This document shows, piece by piece, positions 24,036-37,401 of a stretch of 64,000 nt of DNA (the stretch's first letter is position 1; each line of letters starts with the position of its first letter). The stretch lies in assembly GCF_013122565.1 (NCBI RefSeq), contig NZ_CP053258.1; one strand, written 5' to 3'. The stretch comes from Escherichia coli. Lineage in GTDB: Bacteria > Pseudomonadota > Gammaproteobacteria > Enterobacterales > Enterobacteriaceae. The notes beneath the pieces were generated by a model, which worked only from the letters and a program-made list of their open reading frames with translations, was not told where the DNA came from and searched no databases. A program made the position numbers and the translations under genes.

Positions 24036-24962
24036 ATGACTGAACAACAAATTAGCCGAACTCAGGCGTGGCTGGAAAGTTTACGACCTAAAACCCTCCC
24101 CCTCGCCTTTGCTGCAATTATCGTCGGGACAGCGCTGGCATGGTGGCAAGGTCACTTCGATCCGCTGGTCGCCCTGCTGGCACTGATTACCGCCGGGCTA
24201 TTACAGATCCTTTCTAACCTCGCCAATGATTACGGCGATGCGGTAAAAGGCAGCGATAAACCTGACCGCATTGGGCCGCTACGCGGCATGCAAAAAGGGG
24301 TCATTACCCAGCAAGAGATGAAACGGGCGCTCATTATTACCGTCGTGCTCATCTGTCTATCCGGGCTGGCACTGGTTGCAGTGGCATGCCATACGCTGGC
24401 CGATTTTGTCGGTTTCCTGATTCTTGGCGGGTTGTCGATCATTGCCGCTATCACCTACACCGTGGGCAATCGTCCTTATGGTTATATCGGTCTGGGTGAT
24501 ATTTCCGTACTGGTTTTCTTTGGCTGGTTGAGTGTCATGGGGAGCTGGTATTTACAGGCTCATACATTGATTCCGGCACTGATCCTTCCGGCGACCGCAT
24601 GCGGCCTGCTGGCAACGGCAGTACTGAATATTAATAACCTGCGTGATATCAATAGCGACCGCGAAAACGGCAAAAACACGCTGGTGGTGCGCTTAGGTGA
24701 AGTGAACGCGCGTCGTTACCATGCCTGCCTGCTGATGGGCTCTCTGGTGTGTCTGGCGCTGTTTAATCTCTTTTCGCTGCATAGCCTGTGGGGCTGGCTG
24801 TTCCTGCTGGCGGCACCGTTGCTGGTGAAGCAAGCCCGTTATGTGATGCGGGAAATGGACCCGGTGGCGATGCGACCAATGCTGGAACGCACTGTCAAGG
24901 GGGCGTTACTGACTAACCTGCTGTTTGTTTTAGGGATATTCCTAAGCCAGTGGGCAGCATAA
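24036..24962 (+). CDS. menA: 1,4-dihydroxy-2-naphthoate octaprenyltransferase
   Basis: MTEQQISRTQAWLESLRPKTLPLAFAAIIVG...; UbiA-family membrane prenyltransferase; start at ATG 24036. Confidence 0.93.
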   Translation: MTEQQISRTQAWLESLRPKTLPLAFAAIIVGTALAWWQGHFDPLVALLALITAGLLQILSNLANDYGDAVKGSDKPDRIGPLRGMQKGVITQQEMKRALIITVVLICLSGLALVAVACHTLADFVGFLILGGLSIIAAITYTVGNRPYGYIGLGDISVLVFFGWLSVMGSWYLQAHTLIPALILPATACGLLATAVLNINNLRDINSDRENGKNTLVVRLGEVNARRYHACLLMGSLVCLALFNLFSLHSLWGWLFLLAAPLLVKQARYVMREMDPVAMRPMLERTVKGALLTNLLFVLGIFLSQWAA

Positions 24963-25054
24963 CTGACAAATATCAATTAACAATTGATGATTTTGCCAAC
25001 AGCCCACATAGCGCGATATACTGAAAATTCTCGCAGCAACTGAATGTTAAGCCT

Positions 25055-25540
25055 ATGAAATACGATACTTCCGAGCTTTGTGACATCTATCAAGAAGATG
25101 TTAACGTCGTGGAACCGCTGTTCTCCAACTTTGGCGGACGGGCGTCGTTTGGCGGACAAATAATCACGGTAAAATGTTTCGAGGACAACGGGTTGCTGTA
25201 CGATCTGCTCGAACAGAATGGCCGTGGTCGTGTTCTTGTCGTCGATGGCGGTGGTTCTGTTCGTCGCGCACTGGTCGATGCTGAACTGGCGAGTCTGGCA
25301 GTACAAAATGAATGGGAAGGTCTGGTCATTTACGGCGCGGTGCGTCAGGTAGATGACCTGGAAGAGCTGGATATCGGCATCCAGGCGATGGCGGCAATTC
25401 CGGTTGGTGCCGCTGGCGAAGGCATTGGCGAAAGCGATGTCCGCGTCAATTTTGGCGGTGTTACCTTCTTCTCCGGCGACCATCTTTATGCCGACAATAC
25501 CGGGATTATTCTTTCAGAAGATCCGCTGGATATTGAATAA
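25055..25540 (+). CDS. rraA: RNase E inhibitor RraA
   Basis: 161 aa [46 protein letters not shown]... Confidence 0.95.
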   Translation: MKYDTSELCDIYQEDVNVVEPLFSNFGGRASFGGQIITVKCFEDNGLLYDLLEQNGRGRVLVVDGGGSVRRALVDAELASLAVQNEWEGLVIYGAVRQVDDLEELDIGIQAMAAIPVGAAGEGIGESDVRVNFGGVTFFSGDHLYADNTGIILSEDPLDIE

Positions 25541-25557
25541 GTATCTGCCATGCGTTA

Positions 25558-25584
25558 AAAGGGGAATTAAATTCCCCTTTTTTA
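25558..25584 (+). terminator. rho-independent terminator after rraA
   Basis: GGGGAAT-TAA-ATTCCCC hairpin followed by TTTTTT. Confidence 0.75.
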
Positions 25585-25587
25585 TAC

Positions 25588-26274
25588 ATGGACGTATTCA
25601 TGCAGAATATTATTCTTTTATTTATATATTTATCACTTATAGTCGTTAACCATTTCCGCTACAAATTTCTTTTATCTGGCAACGCGGGTGAAATGATTTT
25701 ATATTTTGCTAACGTATTTTTTAACCCACTTGCCGTATCATTTATTATCGCCACAATCATCTGTATAACGATAAAAAAAAGAAGCAGCCGTAGCTTTATT
25801 CGCGGCACTTGTTGGTTAATGGGATTATTTCTTATCTATAGCAGCTATACGGTGTGGGAACGACACAGCACATGGGATTATACTTTCCCGGGGCCAGGTA
25901 TCACCGTCACGGTTCCGAGCAAACAGTGGGTTACCAATATAGTAGAACAAGGCCCCACCCTGGTGACTCGGGATGCCCATGCTATTTTAGCTATTGTTGC
26001 CTTCTCACAAAATGAACTCGGTGTGCATTCAATCGAGGAGCTTACCGCGACTCAAAACGGAACTGCAGAAATGCATATTTGTGATGTTCAGGGATTTACC
26101 TGTGTTTATCAGGAAGAACTGCAAACAATGAGTGATGGTAAAACAAGACATGCTATTTTCATGACTCTACTGGATAACACTAATTTGATACAACTGGTCG
26201 CAGCCATCGACCAAGATTATTTGGACGAATATCAAGAAGAAGTAATGAAAATGATGCTTTCTGCCCGTCAATGA
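25588..26274 (+). CDS. hypothetical membrane-anchored protein, paralog 1 of a tandem pair
   Basis: 228 aa, two N-terminal hydrophobic helices then ~150-aa soluble domain; AT-rich; alternative start ATG 25600; paralogous to the next ORF. Confidence 0.6.
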   Translation: MDVFMQNIILLFIYLSLIVVNHFRYKFLLSGNAGEMILYFANVFFNPLAVSFIIATIICITIKKRSSRSFIRGTCWLMGLFLIYSSYTVWERHSTWDYTFPGPGITVTVPSKQWVTNIVEQGPTLVTRDAHAILAIVAFSQNELGVHSIEELTATQNGTAEMHICDVQGFTCVYQEELQTMSDGKTRHAIFMTLLDNTNLIQLVAAIDQDYLDEYQEEVMKMMLSARQ

Positions 26275-26306
26275 TCTGATGTGCATATTAATAATAAGGG
26301 ATTGAT

Positions 26307-27023
26307 ATGAGATACGTTATCTTATTAATACTATGGTTAATAACTGCTTTTCTTAGTCATCTTCAGCACAGCAACCTACTATCTGGAGATCCTGGCATGG
26401 TTGGCGAGTATATCGGTTCAGTATTTCTGGGGCCGTTATTACTTCCCGTGCTTGTGTCAGGTATTCTGTGCGCATTCACTAAAAAAACGCGTAACTGCGC
26501 CAGTTTTACTCGCGGGTGCTGCTGGGTATTGGGAGTCCTGCTTTTATCCAACGTCGGCAATACGTTTCGTATGTTCACCCCGTGGCAATATACGTTTGAG
26601 AATGCCGCTATTTCCGTGACTGTCCCGAACCGACACTGGAATACGGTTTCCATTCGTACAGATAAAACCATTGATATAAGAAGTGAAGATAATAGCGTCT
26701 TTATTTCTGCTTTCCGCCTGCCCGCAGGACGTAGCGCCGATGACTCGCTGGAAGAGTTAAAGAAGATGCAGCGAGACAATCTCAAGGATCAATACAATGA
26801 AGAAACCTTCCAGTTTCATGATTGTCATGCCAAACATTTCACCTGTAAGTATCAGGATGTGTTGATAAATTTTGATGGTCAGCAGAAGAGAACCATCAGT
26901 GTTTATCTTGAAGACACCCCCAGAGCTGTGGGGATCATTGCATTAATGGAGCCAGATACGGTAGATAAATATCGCCAACAGGCGATGGAGATTATGTTGT
27001 CTGCTAAAAATGCAGTGAAGTAA
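26307..27023 (+). CDS. hypothetical membrane-anchored protein, paralog 2 of a tandem pair
   Basis: 238 aa; shares blocks with paralog 1 (LLSGxxG, RGxCWxxGxLL, IxVTVPxxxW, FTCxYQ, MLSA). Confidence 0.6.
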   Translation: MRYVILLILWLITAFLSHLQHSNLLSGDPGMVGEYIGSVFLGPLLLPVLVSGILCAFTKKTRNCASFTRGCCWVLGVLLLSNVGNTFRMFTPWQYTFENAAISVTVPNRHWNTVSIRTDKTIDIRSEDNSVFISAFRLPAGRSADDSLEELKKMQRDNLKDQYNEETFQFHDCHAKHFTCKYQDVLINFDGQQKRTISVYLEDTPRAVGIIALMEPDTVDKYRQQAMEIMLSAKNAVK

Positions 27024-27050
27024 AAATAAGGCGCCTTGCGGCGCCTCTGC
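27024..27050. terminator. hairpin between convergent paralog 2 and zapB (candidate bidirectional terminator)
   Basis: AGGCGCC-TTGC-GGCGCCT inverted repeat in the 37-nt convergent gap. Confidence 0.4.
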
Positions 27051-27060
27051 GTGGAAGAGA

Positions 27061-27369
<309 letters not shown>

Positions 27370-27731
27370 TTAATAAATACGAGCGCACTTTAGTTAGCTC
27401 CGATTGTATGAAGCCGCGCCATCGCTGTCCAGCGGCACGCCTTGCAGATTACGGTTTGCCACACTTTTCATCCTTCTCCTGGAGACATAATCCACACCAA
27501 TCGAAAATGTTAATAAATTTGTTGCGCGAATGATCTAACAAACATGCATGATGTACAATCAGATGGAATAAATGGCGCGATAACGCTCATTTTATGACGA
27601 AGCACACACATTTTAAGTTCGATATTTCTCGTTTTTGCTCGTTAACGATAAGTTTACAGCATGCCTACAAGCATCGTGGAGGTCCGTGACTTTCACGCAT
27701 ACAACAAACATTAACTCTTCAGGATCCGATT

Positions 27732-30108
<2,377 letters not shown>

Positions 30109-30142
30109 TGTCAGGCACCTGAATCGATTGCCTGATGCTGAT

Positions 30143-30231
30143 CGCCTGATGCGACGCTTACGCGTCTTATCAGGCCTACGAGCCAATGCCATTTTGTGTA
30201 GGCGGGATAAGGCGTTCACGCCGCATCCGGC
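30143..30231. repeat. BIME/REP palindromic units downstream of glpK
   Basis: Two inverted REP units (GCCTGATGCGACGCTTACGCGTCTTATCAGGCCTAC ... GTAGGCGGGATAAGGCGTTCACGCCGCATCCGGCA). Confidence 0.85.
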
Positions 30232-30337
30232 ATCACGCAGACTCTGAAACCGTGCGGGGGCAACCCCGCACACATCAATAATCCCGCCCTTCCCCTGTGC
30301 TACACTTCGCGCCATTCCTTACTGCTTAGAGTTTGCT

Positions 30338-31348
30338 ATGAGACGAGAACTTGCCATCGAATTTTCCCGCGTCACCGAATCAGCGGCGCTGGCTGGCTAC
30401 AAATGGTTAGGACGCGGCGATAAAAACACCGCGGACGGCGCGGCGGTAAACGCCATGCGTATTATGCTCAACCAGGTCAACATTGACGGCACCATCGTCA
30501 TTGGTGAAGGTGAAATCGACGAAGCACCGATGCTCTACATTGGTGAAAAAGTCGGTACTGGTCGCGGCGACGCGGTAGATATTGCTGTTGATCCGATTGA
30601 AGGCACGCGCATGACGGCGATGGGCCAGGCTAACGCGCTGGCGGTGCTGGCAGTAGGCGATAAAGGCTGTTTCCTCAACGCGCCAGATATGTATATGGAG
30701 AAGCTGATCGTCGGACCGGGAGCCAAAGGCACCATTGATCTGAACCTGCCGCTGGCGGATAACCTGCGCAATGTTGCGGCGGCGCTCGGCAAACCGTTGA
30801 GCGAACTGACGGTAACGATTCTGGCTAAACCACGTCACGATGCCGTTATCGCTGAAATGCAGCAACTCGGCGTACGCGTATTTGCTATTCCGGATGGCGA
30901 CGTTGCGGCCTCAATTCTCACCTGTATGCCAGACAGCGAAGTTGACGTGCTGTACGGTATTGGTGGCGCGCCGGAAGGCGTAGTTTCTGCGGCGGTGATC
31001 CGCGCATTAGATGGCGACATGAACGGTCGTCTGCTGGCGCGTCATGACGTCAAAGGCGACAACGAAGAGAATCGTCGCATTGGCGAGCAGGAGCTGGCAC
31101 GCTGCAAAGCGATGGGCATCGAAGCCGGTAAAGTATTGCGCCTGGGCGATATGGCGCGCAGCGATAACGTCATCTTCTCTGCCACCGGTATTACCAAAGG
31201 CGATCTGCTGGAAGGCATTAGCCGCAAAGGCAATATCGCGACTACCGAAACGCTGCTGATCCGCGGCAAGTCACGCACCATTCGCCGCATTCAGTCCATC
31301 CACTATCTGGATCGCAAAGACCCGGAAATGCAGGTGCACATCCTCTGA
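30338..31348 (+). CDS. glpX: fructose-1,6-bisphosphatase class II
   Basis: 336 aa MRRELAIEFSRVTESAALAGYKWLGRGDKNTADGAAV... Confidence 0.95.
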   Translation: MRRELAIEFSRVTESAALAGYKWLGRGDKNTADGAAVNAMRIMLNQVNIDGTIVIGEGEIDEAPMLYIGEKVGTGRGDAVDIAVDPIEGTRMTAMGQANALAVLAVGDKGCFLNAPDMYMEKLIVGPGAKGTIDLNLPLADNLRNVAAALGKPLSELTVTILAKPRHDAVIAEMQQLGVRVFAIPDGDVAASILTCMPDSEVDVLYGIGGAPEGVVSAAVIRALDGDMNGRLLARHDVKGDNEENRRIGEQELARCKAMGIEAGKVLRLGDMARSDNVIFSATGITKGDLLEGISRKGNIATTETLLIRGKSRTIRRIQSIHYLDRKDPEMQVHIL

Positions 31349-31370
31349 TTGATTTGATCGATTGAGCCTT

Positions 31371-31400
31371 CCAGTCCTTCGGGACTGGAATTTTTTTGTT
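31371..31400 (+). terminator. rho-independent terminator after glpX
   Basis: CCAGTCCTTCGGGACTGG hairpin followed by AATTTTTTTGTT. Confidence 0.75.
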
Positions 31401-31444
31401 CGGAGAACGAAGATAAGGCAAGTCAATCAAAACAGGAGAAAAAC

Positions 31445-32191
31445 ATGGCTGATTGGGTAACAGGCAAAGTCACTAAAGTGCAGAACTGGACCGACGCCCT
31501 GTTTAGTCTCACCGTTCACGCCCCCGTGCTTCCGTTTACCGCCGGGCAATTCACCAAGCTTGGCCTTGAAATCGACGGCGAACGCGTCCAGCGCGCCTAC
31601 TCCTATGTTAACTCGCCCGATAATCCCGATCTGGAGTTTTACCTGGTCACCGTCCCCGATGGCAAATTAAGCCCACGATTGGCGGCACTGAAACCAGGCG
31701 ATGAAGTGCAGGTGGTTAGCGAAGCAGCTGGCTTCTTTGTTCTGGATGAAGTACCAGATTGCGAAACGCTATGGATGCTGGCAACCGGTACAGCGATTGG
31801 CCCTTATTTATCGATTCTGCAACTAGGCAAAGATTTAGATCGCTTCAAAAATCTGGTCCTGGTTCACGCCGCACGTTATGCCGCCGACTTAAGCTATTTG
31901 CCACTGATGCAAGAACTGGAAAAACGCTACGAAGGCAAACTGCGCATTCAGACGGTGGTCAGTCGGGAAACGGCAGCGGGGTCGCTCACCGGACGGATAC
32001 CGGCATTAATTGAAAGTGGGGAACTGGAAAGCGCGATTGGCCTGCCGATGAATAAAGAAACCAGCCATGTGATGCTGTGCGGCAATCCACAGATGGTGCG
32101 CGATACACAACAGTTGCTGAAAGAGACCCGGCAGATGACGAAACATTTACGTCGCCGACCGGGCCATATGACAGCGGAGCATTACTGGTAA
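31445..32191 (+). CDS. fpr: ferredoxin/flavodoxin-NADP+ reductase
   Basis: 248 aa MADWVTGKVTKVQNWTDALFSLTVHAPVLPFTAGQFTKLGL... Confidence 0.95.
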   Translation: MADWVTGKVTKVQNWTDALFSLTVHAPVLPFTAGQFTKLGLEIDGERVQRAYSYVNSPDNPDLEFYLVTVPDGKLSPRLAALKPGDEVQVVSEAAGFFVLDEVPDCETLWMLATGTAIGPYLSILQLGKDLDRFKNLVLVHAARYAADLSYLPLMQELEKRYEGKLRIQTVVSRETAAGSLTGRIPALIESGELESAIGLPMNKETSHVMLCGNPQMVRDTQQLLKETRQMTKHLRRRPGHMTAEHYW

Positions 32192-32195
32192 GCGG

Positions 32196-32624
32196 TTACT
32201 TATCGATAAACGGCACGATGAGCAAATCCGCACTCATCTTATTGATCATCCCGCGATATGCCGGCATCAAACGGTTGATAAATGAGTGATGATGACCACA
32301 GACAAGGAGGTCGCACTGCTCTTTTTGCATAATTTCCAGCAGTGTTTCCGGCATTTCTCCGCGTTCAATACGCAGTTTTGTCTTCGGCCATTGAATATTT
32401 TTCGTCAGTTTATACAGCTTGTTATCCGACTTATTCTTCAACAATTGAAGAATATCTTCTGTTGCAGGGAAGTAGATACCCGGATACAACTCGCTTAAGC
32501 CATCATCAATATGAATTAACGTCAGGTGAGCGTCATTATGTCTGGCGAGCTCCAGAGCTTTATTCACCAGTAAGGCATCTTCTTCATTCCCGGAAATTGC
32601 CACGCCAATGTGTTTATAAGCCAT
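32196..32624 (-). CDS. uspD: universal stress protein D
   Basis: 142 aa [40 protein letters not shown]... Confidence 0.93.
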
Positions 32625-32650
32625 GTTTAACTCCTTCTAAAGCAACTCCA

Positions 32651-32950
32651 TCAAGCTAACGAACGCAGTGATAACTCAAAAATAATCATCTCGGCCTGGC
32701 ATGAGAAAGTGAAGGCCGCATCAAGCTCAACTTGCCCCTCCAGATCCTTAATCTTGTAGGCCACGCTGGCCCCTTCATCTGCAGAGGATGCAGCGGCGGC
32801 AAGCTCTTTCAGTTTGGTCATAAAAGACTCTGCTTCTTCGCGGGTGGCAAAAAAGCGCGAAAACTTACTGGTACAGTTGTCGTTATCAATCACCGTACCG
32901 ATATCAATCGCACATCCTTTAGTACTGCATTTATCTACGACATCTTTCAT
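32651..32950 (-). CDS. yiiS: UPF0381/DUF406 family protein YiiS
   Basis: 99 aa; position between uspD and yiiR as in K-12. Confidence 0.88.
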   Translation of the reverse strand: MKDVVDKCSTKGCAIDIGTVIDNDNCTSKFSRFFATREEAESFMTKLKELAAAASSADEGASVAYKIKDLEGQVELDAAFTFSCQAEMIIFELSLRSLA

Positions 32951-33161
32951 AGGGCACCTCTGTATATTCGCCTCTCTGTCGATTACGACTTAAGAATAAT
33001 GCGCCGTTAAGGGAAGAACAAACAAGTAATGATCTTATGGATTACCATTTTTTTTGATATTGCTTAAGGTGAAGAGTTCAGAAGGATTTTCCGGGTATTG
33101 TCATTTGCATCGTGGAAATAACAATCCCGGAAAAAAATAGCAGTAAGAGATATATTAAAGG

Positions 33162-33602
33162 TTAATTACTTGATTTATTGTCGGCTTTATACTTCACATC
33201 CTGAGTATCTTTACCATATTTATTTTCGCCTTGTGTGCCAACAAACGCACCAAGATCGATAAGCATCATCACCAGAATCAACGTCGGAACAAAACGCCCC
33301 ACCGCCCATTGCCAGACACCCGGTAAAATCGCCCAGTTACCCGCCAGCAGCATCCACGCCACAATCATCAGAAATGCCCATGCGCCGGAACGCCCGCGAT
33401 CATGCAAGCGCTTAACGGTTACTGCCGCTGTTGGCCAGAGCAAGCACACCAGGCAAAACGCCGCGGTCTGAATATCGAGTAAATTTTTACCCGCCAGTGA
33501 GAAAAGCACCAGCATGCCTGCGAACCACAGGCCTATCCAAATCCAGAAATCACGGCGTCCAATACGCCCTTTAAATGAGAATAACCATTGCTGTATGGTC
33601 AT
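33162..33602 (-). CDS. yiiR: DUF805-family inner membrane protein YiiR
   Basis: 146 aa, multiple hydrophobic helices; synteny. Confidence 0.88.
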   Translation of the reverse strand: MTIQQWLFSFKGRIGRRDFWIWIGLWFAGMLVLFSLAGKNLLDIQTAAFCLVCLLWPTAAVTVKRLHDRGRSGAWAFLMIVAWMLLAGNWAILPGVWQWAVGRFVPTLILVMMLIDLGAFVGTQGENKYGKDTQDVKYKADNKSSN

Positions 33603-33702
33603 GTAAGTTCCTTGATGGTTGTCTTTTCCAGGATTCTACCCTTTTGACAAGGGCGACAGATATCGTTTTAATCGGAGCCAGTCATAACAAAAGGTACTGT
33701 CA

Positions 33703-34302
33703 ATGAAGCCAGGGTGTACGCTGTTTTTTCTCTTATGTTCTGCATTAACCGTTACAACAACGGCGCATGCACAAACACCAGATACGGCAACGACCGCGCC
33801 TTATCTGCTGGCTGGAGCCCCTACTTTCGATCTCTCCATCAGCCAGTTTCGAGAAGACTTTAACAGCCAGAATCCCAGCCTGCCACTGAACGAATTTCGT
33901 GCCATCGACAGCAGTCCCGACAAAGCCAATCTCACTCGTGCTGCCAGTAAAATTAACGAGAACTTGTATGCTTCTACAGCGCTGGAGCGCGGTACCTTAA
34001 AAATCAAAAGCATTCAAATGACCTGGCTACCCATCCAGGGGCCAGAGCAAAAAGCCGCGAAAGCGAAAGCTCAAGAATACATGGCAGCGGTGATCCGCAC
34101 ACTCACCCCATTAATGACCAAAACACAAAGCCAGAAAAAACTGCAGTCACTACTAACGGCGGGGAAAAACAAACGTTATTACACCGAGACAGAAGGTGCA
34201 CTGCGTTATGTGGTCGCGGACAACGGCGAAAAGGGGCTGACCTTCGCTGTTGAACCGATTAAGCTGGCGCTATCTGAATCGCTTGAAGGTTTGAATAAAT
34301 GA
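33703..34302 (+). CDS. yiiQ: DUF1454-family periplasmic protein YiiQ
   Basis: 199 aa with signal peptide MKPGCTLFFLLCSALTVTTTAHA; synteny upstream of tpiA. Confidence 0.88.
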   Translation: MKPGCTLFFLLCSALTVTTTAHAQTPDTATTAPYLLAGAPTFDLSISQFREDFNSQNPSLPLNEFRAIDSSPDKANLTRAASKINENLYASTALERGTLKIKSIQMTWLPIQGPEQKAAKAKAQEYMAAVIRTLTPLMTKTQSQKKLQSLLTAGKNKRYYTETEGALRYVVADNGEKGLTFAVEPIKLALSESLEGLNK

Positions 34303-34409
34303 CAAAAAGCAAAGCCTTTGTGCCGATGAATCTCTATACTGTTTCACAGACCTGCTGCCCTGCGGGGCGGCCATCTTCCTTTATTCGCTTATAAGCGTGG
34401 AGAATTAAA

Positions 34410-35177
34410 ATGCGACATCCTTTAGTGATGGGTAACTGGAAACTGAACGGCAGCCGCCACATGGTTCACGAGCTGGTTTCTAACCTGCGTAAAGAGCTGG
34501 CAGGTGTTGCTGGCTGTGCGGTTGCAATCGCACCACCGGAAATGTACATCGATATGGCGAAGCGTGAAGCTGAAGGCAGCCACATCATGCTGGGTGCGCA
34601 AAACGTGGACCTGAACCTGTCCGGCGCATTCACCGGTGAAACCTCTGCTGCTATGCTGAAAGACATCGGCGCACAGTACATCATCATCGGTCACTCTGAA
34701 CGTCGTACTTACCACAAAGAATCTGACGAACTGATCGCGAAAAAATTCGCGGTGCTGAAAGAGCAGGGCCTGACTCCGGTTCTGTGCATCGGTGAAACCG
34801 AAGCTGAAAACGAAGCGGGCAAAACTGAAGAAGTTTGCGCACGTCAGATCGACGCGGTACTGAAAACTCAGGGTGCTGCGGCATTCGAAGGTGCGGTTAT
34901 CGCTTACGAACCTGTATGGGCAATCGGTACTGGCAAATCTGCAACTCCGGCTCAGGCACAGGCTGTTCACAAATTCATTCGTGACCACATCGCTAAAGTT
35001 GACGCCAACATCGCTGAACAAGTGATCATTCAGTACGGCGGTTCTGTAAATGCTTCTAATGCTGCAGAACTGTTCGCTCAGCCGGATATCGACGGCGCGC
35101 TGGTTGGTGGTGCGTCTCTGAAAGCTGACGCCTTCGCAGTAATCGTTAAAGCTGCAGAAGCGGCTAAACAGGCTTAA
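34410..35177 (+). CDS. tpiA: triosephosphate isomerase
   Basis: 255 aa [32 protein letters not shown]...; [11 protein letters not shown] motif. Confidence 0.95.
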
Positions 35178-35231
35178 GTCTGACAGGTGCCGGATTTCAT
35201 ATCCGGCACTTACTTTCCTTAACTCTTCGCC

Positions 35232-35987
35232 TTAACGCAAAATCTCACACTGATGATCCTGAATTTCCTCGGCTGAAGCACGGTTAAGCGTCAGTAGATT
35301 TCGTTGTGTCGCCAGCAATACAAATGAGTTATCACTCTGCCGTACCATCGCCAGCCCGTAGCTTCCCATATGTTCCCGCGCCTCAGGTACTTCTTCTGCC
35401 AGCATCATAAATGGGCTGCGTTGTACCAGTTCGCTTTCCGTTACCCGACGCGCCAGGTATTCATGCCCGCGCAAACCACCTGGCAGTGGCAACCAGCGGC
35501 TGCTGATGTTCGCCAGATTGTTATCCAGTTGTTCGCGCACATCAGGACGAATACAAGAGATATGAATATGAAAATGGTTTTGCGTACGCCCGGTGCGGGA
35601 GTTGATCGCCAAAGAAACCGCGCGATCGGGAACCGGCTGGCCGTACTTTTTGCTCATAAAATCACGCGCCTGCCAGGCCAACCAAAAGAAGTTCGGCGTT
35701 GAAGGATCGGTCAACAAAGGACTTTCAGTACCGTTAATACGATACGTTGGCATCAACAGATATTGCAGTGGGCCATTAAGATCTTTTAAAACCACGTATC
35801 CGGCATTGGGTTTGACTTCCGCACATGGCGAAGGATTTTGATTTTGCTGCTGATTGGGCAAACATTCCTCAAGGACAATCTTACGTAATGTATCCGACTC
35901 TTCACCGGTTAATTTCCAGTAACCAATACCGGCAGCCACAACGGCGATAACTATCATCACCAAAAAAAGAAGACCCGCTTTTTTCAT
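35232..35987 (-). CDS. cdh: CDP-diacylglycerol pyrophosphatase
   Basis: Track ORF contains [24 protein letters not shown]...; start refined to that Met (251 aa). Confidence 0.9.
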   Translation of the reverse strand: MKKAGLLFLVMIVIAVVAAGIGYWKLTGEESDTLRKIVLEECLPNQQQNQNPSPCAEVKPNAGYVVLKDLNGPLQYLLMPTYRINGTESPLLTDPSTPNFFWLAWQARDFMSKKYGQPVPDRAVSLAINSRTGRTQNHFHIHISCIRPDVREQLDNNLANISSRWLPLPGGLRGHEYLARRVTESELVQRSPFMMLAEEVPEAREHMGSYGLAMVRQSDNSFVLLATQRNLLTLNRASAEEIQDHQCEILR

Positions 35988-36093
35988 CTTTTTTTCCCTG
36001 TACCTCAAAGAGATGCAAGGGTAACGCAAAATCGTGACAAATAAAAAACCCGGTCGCGAGAAACCACCGGGTTTGATAATTATCCTGGAGAAA

Positions 36094-37083
36094 TCAGCGT
36101 TTGCTGATCTGATCGAACGTACCGCCGTTAGCAAAATGCTCTTTTTGCGCTTTCGTCCAGCCGCCGAACTCTTCATCAATGGTGAATAACTTCAGCTTTG
36201 GAAACGCATTTTCGTACTTTTTCGCTACTTCAGCGTCGCGCGGACGGTAGTAGTTTTTCGCGGCAATTTCCTGACCTTCTGGCGAGTAGAGATATTTCAG
36301 GTAGGCTTCCGCCACCTCTTTGGTGCCTTTTTTCTCGACCACTTTATCGACCACCGACACGGTTGGCTCTGCGAGGATAGACTCACTCGGCGTGACGATT
36401 TCGAATTTATCTTTCCCCAGTTCATTCGCTGCCAGCAGAGCTTCGTTTTCCCAGGCAATCAGTACATCGCCAATTCCGCGCTCGACAAAAGTGTTAGTGG
36501 AGCCGCGCGCGCCAGAATCCAGAACTTCGACGTTTTTATACAGTGCCCGAACAAAATCCTGTGCTTTTGCCTGATCGTTGTTGTTGTGATGCAGCGCGTA
36601 GCCCCAGGCTGCCAGGTAGTTCCAGCGTGCGCCACCAGAGCTTTTCGGATTAGGCGTGATCACCGAAACACCCGGTTTAATCAGATCGTTCCAGTCATGG
36701 ATCTGCTTCGGATTGCCCTTACGTACCAGGAAAACAATGGTGGAAGTGTACGGTGCGGAGTTATCCGGCAGACGTTTGATCCACTCTTTATCAATCCGCC
36801 CGCGTTCCGCAATTGCGTCCACGTCATAGGCCAGAGCCAGCGTGACAACATCAGCTTCAATACCGTTGATTACCGACGTCGCTTGTTTGCCTGAACCACC
36901 GTGGGACTGACGGATCACCACGTTATCGCCAGTTTGCTGTTTCCAGTGGGCGCTGAATGCCTTGTTGTACTGTTCGTACAATTCGCGCGTTGGATCATAT
37001 GAAACGTTAAGAAGCTGAATATCCTTTGCCATAACGCTGGTTGCCGCCAGCAAAAATGTTAACCCTACGCCCCACTTGTTCAT
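36094..37083 (-). CDS. sbp: periplasmic sulfate-binding protein
   Basis: 329 aa; signal peptide [19 protein letters not shown]. Confidence 0.95.
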
Positions 37084-37247
37084 CGCCTGACTCTCTTATG
37101 TTGTGTTGTGATGAGCAAAGCGTGCCAGAAGGTTAACCAAACATTAAAGAATAAAAAAAGATTGGCTATAACTTGCGGGTATATGTTGGGGGTTAAAAAG
37201 GCGGAAGAAATCCGCCTCATATTGCTGACAAAGTGCGCTTTATCGAT

Positions 37248-37345
37248 GCCGGATGCGGCGCGAACGCCTTATCCGGCCTACAAAAGCTTGTAAATTCAAT
37301 AAATTGTAGAATTCATGTAGGCCTGATAAGCGAAGCGCATCAGGC
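37248..37345. repeat. BIME/REP palindromic units between sbp and pfkA
   Basis: GCCGGATGCGGCGCGAACGCCTTATCCGGCCTAC ... GTAGGCCTGATAAGCGAAGCGCATCAGGC. Confidence 0.85.
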
Positions 37346-37401
37346 CTTTTTGCTTCTGTCATCGGTTTCAGGCTAAAGGAATCTGCCTTTTTCCGAAATC
37401 A

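Noticed and set aside
34422-35021. 199-aa minus-strand ORF
   Set aside because: Antisense to tpiA.
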